From the NCBI GenBank assembly GCA_051294375.1, contig JBJCIZ010000157.1, positions 1 to 9,486 of the forward strand: a stretch of DNA of 9,486 nt, in the 5' to 3' direction. The stretch is from Paraspadella gotoi (Eukaryota > Animalia > Chaetognatha). The translations under genes were made by a program, and so were the position numbers. Numbering within the stretch: the first letter of the stretch is position 1; every line of letters starts with the position of its first letter. Below are positions 7,731-9,486 of the stretch, piece after piece. The notes below the pieces were generated by a model, which made no database searches, was not told where the DNA came from, and worked only from the letters and a program-made list of their open reading frames with translations.

Positions 7731-8091
7731 CATGGGGTTGGTCGACAATCGACCGAGCCGCGAGACGCCAAAAGGCTTCCCTCTCCTTCCGCTCCTTACT
7801 CTCTTACCGCCGGTCGAAGGTCGGAGGTCATCCGCGTCGGTGACTCTCGAAAATGAGCGAGATCCTCTTCCTTTCTCTAAGCCGACGGGCGATCGTCGCG
7901 GGTCTAGGCTGCGAATGACTCACGAAAATACCGCTCAGGCTCTTTTTCTCTCTCTTCCTAAAAGTTCTCTTAGTTTTTGCTTTCCACTCTTTACAATAAT
8001 TTTCTTTATCACTCAAAATAACAAAGTAAATATAAGATTATCAATGAATGTGTTAAAAATGATTTACTGTAACCCCAAAAATATTAGATAA

Positions 8092-8295
8092 TTTATCGAT
8101 AAAGTCGTATGAGCCCTTACTTTTCACACAATGCCAATGAAGTTAAAAGATTGTAACTAAGTATCTCGCGAAACGGGATATTTTGTTTAATTTTGCGGCT
8201 CCTCCGGCTTTTGGGAATGACTAAGTGAAAAGAAAAGATATTTAAGACGTCAGTTTTAGTTGTGTGTTCAGTTCAGTTCAGAGGTAGCCTTCAGT
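8092..8295 (+). promoter_or_regulatory. Candidate arthropod-type core promoter (DRE, CGCG/E2F-like site, initiator cluster)
   Basis: TATCGATA at 8094-8101 lies inside the 12-bp palindrome TTTATCGATAAA. TCTCGCGAAA is at 8164-8173. TCAGT occurs at 8250, 8268, 8273 and 8291. Confidence 0.35.
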
Positions 8296-9095
8296 AGTGT
8301 GTGTGTTTTCAGCAGAATTTATTTTTCAACAGTGTTTTAGAAGTGATTTTCAGCGGTTTTTCCGTCCACATTGTGTTTTTTAATCTTTAAAAATCGTCAT
8401 TGCAATTACACTCATTATTTAGCATTTAACTAATTATGAATACAATTTTATTATTATTTAAAAAAAGGAATTAAGTTATTTTTACTTTAATGCACTAAAG
8501 ACTAAGAAGCTTTTTAAGAAGAAGAAAAGAGTTTAAATCAATTGAGAGAGATTGCCGTTTATGATCTGGCAATAAACTAAATAAAGAATCAGCATTTTAA
8601 TTGTCACAGTTTTCCCCTTACAACGGACTAGCGGCACCGGTGATTGATACTTTTTTCTACAATTTTTATAGAATGAGTAATTTTTCTATTGGTTGTACTA
8701 GTTTTATATTTATAGTTGTAATATATTTTTTGTCAAATTTTATCTTGATGGAAAAATAATTAAAAAAGTTCTATAAACAAATTTTGGAAAAATTCATGTC
8801 AATAACAGCAATAATAATGTATCTCTTTCAATACTTGTTTGCTTTTTTAGTTATTTCATCTTAGAGAAAACAAAGTTTTTTATGTTTGTAACAAACGATT
8901 TTTGTATTAGACATAAAAACAGACATGTTTCAGCTTTAGTCCAAGCCTTCATCAAATTAACAATGTATTCAAAAAGCTGAGTCTAATAATATATTTTATA
9001 ATTTTACTTATTGGCGTGTTTACCATACATAACTATTAAAGCACAGTCTGGTCTCTGGATGGACATTATAGAATAAACTTTTGTTTTACTTTTAG

Positions 9096-9196
9096 CCCGT
9101 GGGGCTTTTTCGAATGCGACCTCTCTAAACACTTTCAGCATCCCCAGACAAAAGACAGGGAAACTTGCACCAGTCCAGACTGGCGAAGAGAAGTAA
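9096..9196 (+). other. Candidate small exon
   Basis: Acceptor ttttgttttacttttAG (9094-9095) precedes a ~100-nt GC-richer patch with two open frames. One reads PWGFFECDLSKHFQHPQTKDRETCTSPDWRRE with a possible donor GAA|GTAACA at 9193. The other reads RGAFSNATSLNTFSIPRQKTGKLAPVQTGEEK*. Confidence 0.25.
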
Positions 9197-9486
9197 CATA
9201 ATTAAGCTTTAATTTAAGGCTAAGCATAATTATTATTTAATGATTATATGAAAAAAATAACTTGATATTTTTATTGTCATTGAATAATATTTTTAAACTT
9301 TTTAATTTGCGACATAAATATTTTATGAAAGGCCGATGCTCATGAAAAAAATAATTTTTATTTTACTTTTTTATTTTTATTCAAAAACAACTATGCTATT
9401 GAAAAAAAATGCAAGCGTTCAAAGTTTTTTTCTTTTTAAAGTAAAAATAGAAATAATAACAATGATTCTCTCAGTCATTTGCTTTG

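Noticed and set aside
7615-8091. ORF 7615..8091 (158 aa) as a gene
   Set aside because: It begins in (CT)n and ends in AT-rich low-complexity DNA, with no recognisable domain. The part from ATG 7732 is untested.

Overview
This window looks like eukaryotic (probably invertebrate animal) intronic or intergenic DNA, not a prokaryotic locus. I recognise no protein family, rRNA, tRNA, CRISPR array or intact transposon. Most listed ORFs are artefacts of (CT)n/(GA)n, (GAC)n/(GTC)n, T-rich and minisatellite tracts, or have no recognisable product. Bases ~1-5000 are CpG-rich and full of micro- and minisatellites. Bases ~5000-7200 and ~7950-9486 are very AT-rich, with a CpG-rich patch at ~7730-7940. 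The best-supported non-trivial signals are: (i) a sharply bounded 182-nt, ~76% GC island (3258-3439) framed by minus-strand splice signals, probably an exon; (ii) a ~190-bp imperfect foldback (6454-6639) with a perfect 17-bp central stem; (iii) a hierarchical 31-bp/~84-bp repeat carrying CGTGACAG (4277-4532); (iv) a GAGA plus GCCAT cluster in a mirror-like layout (137-1743); (v) an arthropod-style promoter signature (DRE palindrome, CGCG/E2F-like site, TCAGT cluster) at 8092-8295. I cannot support a new multi-gene biological system from this sequence alone. All gene and regulatory calls are hypotheses, and all counts were done by hand.
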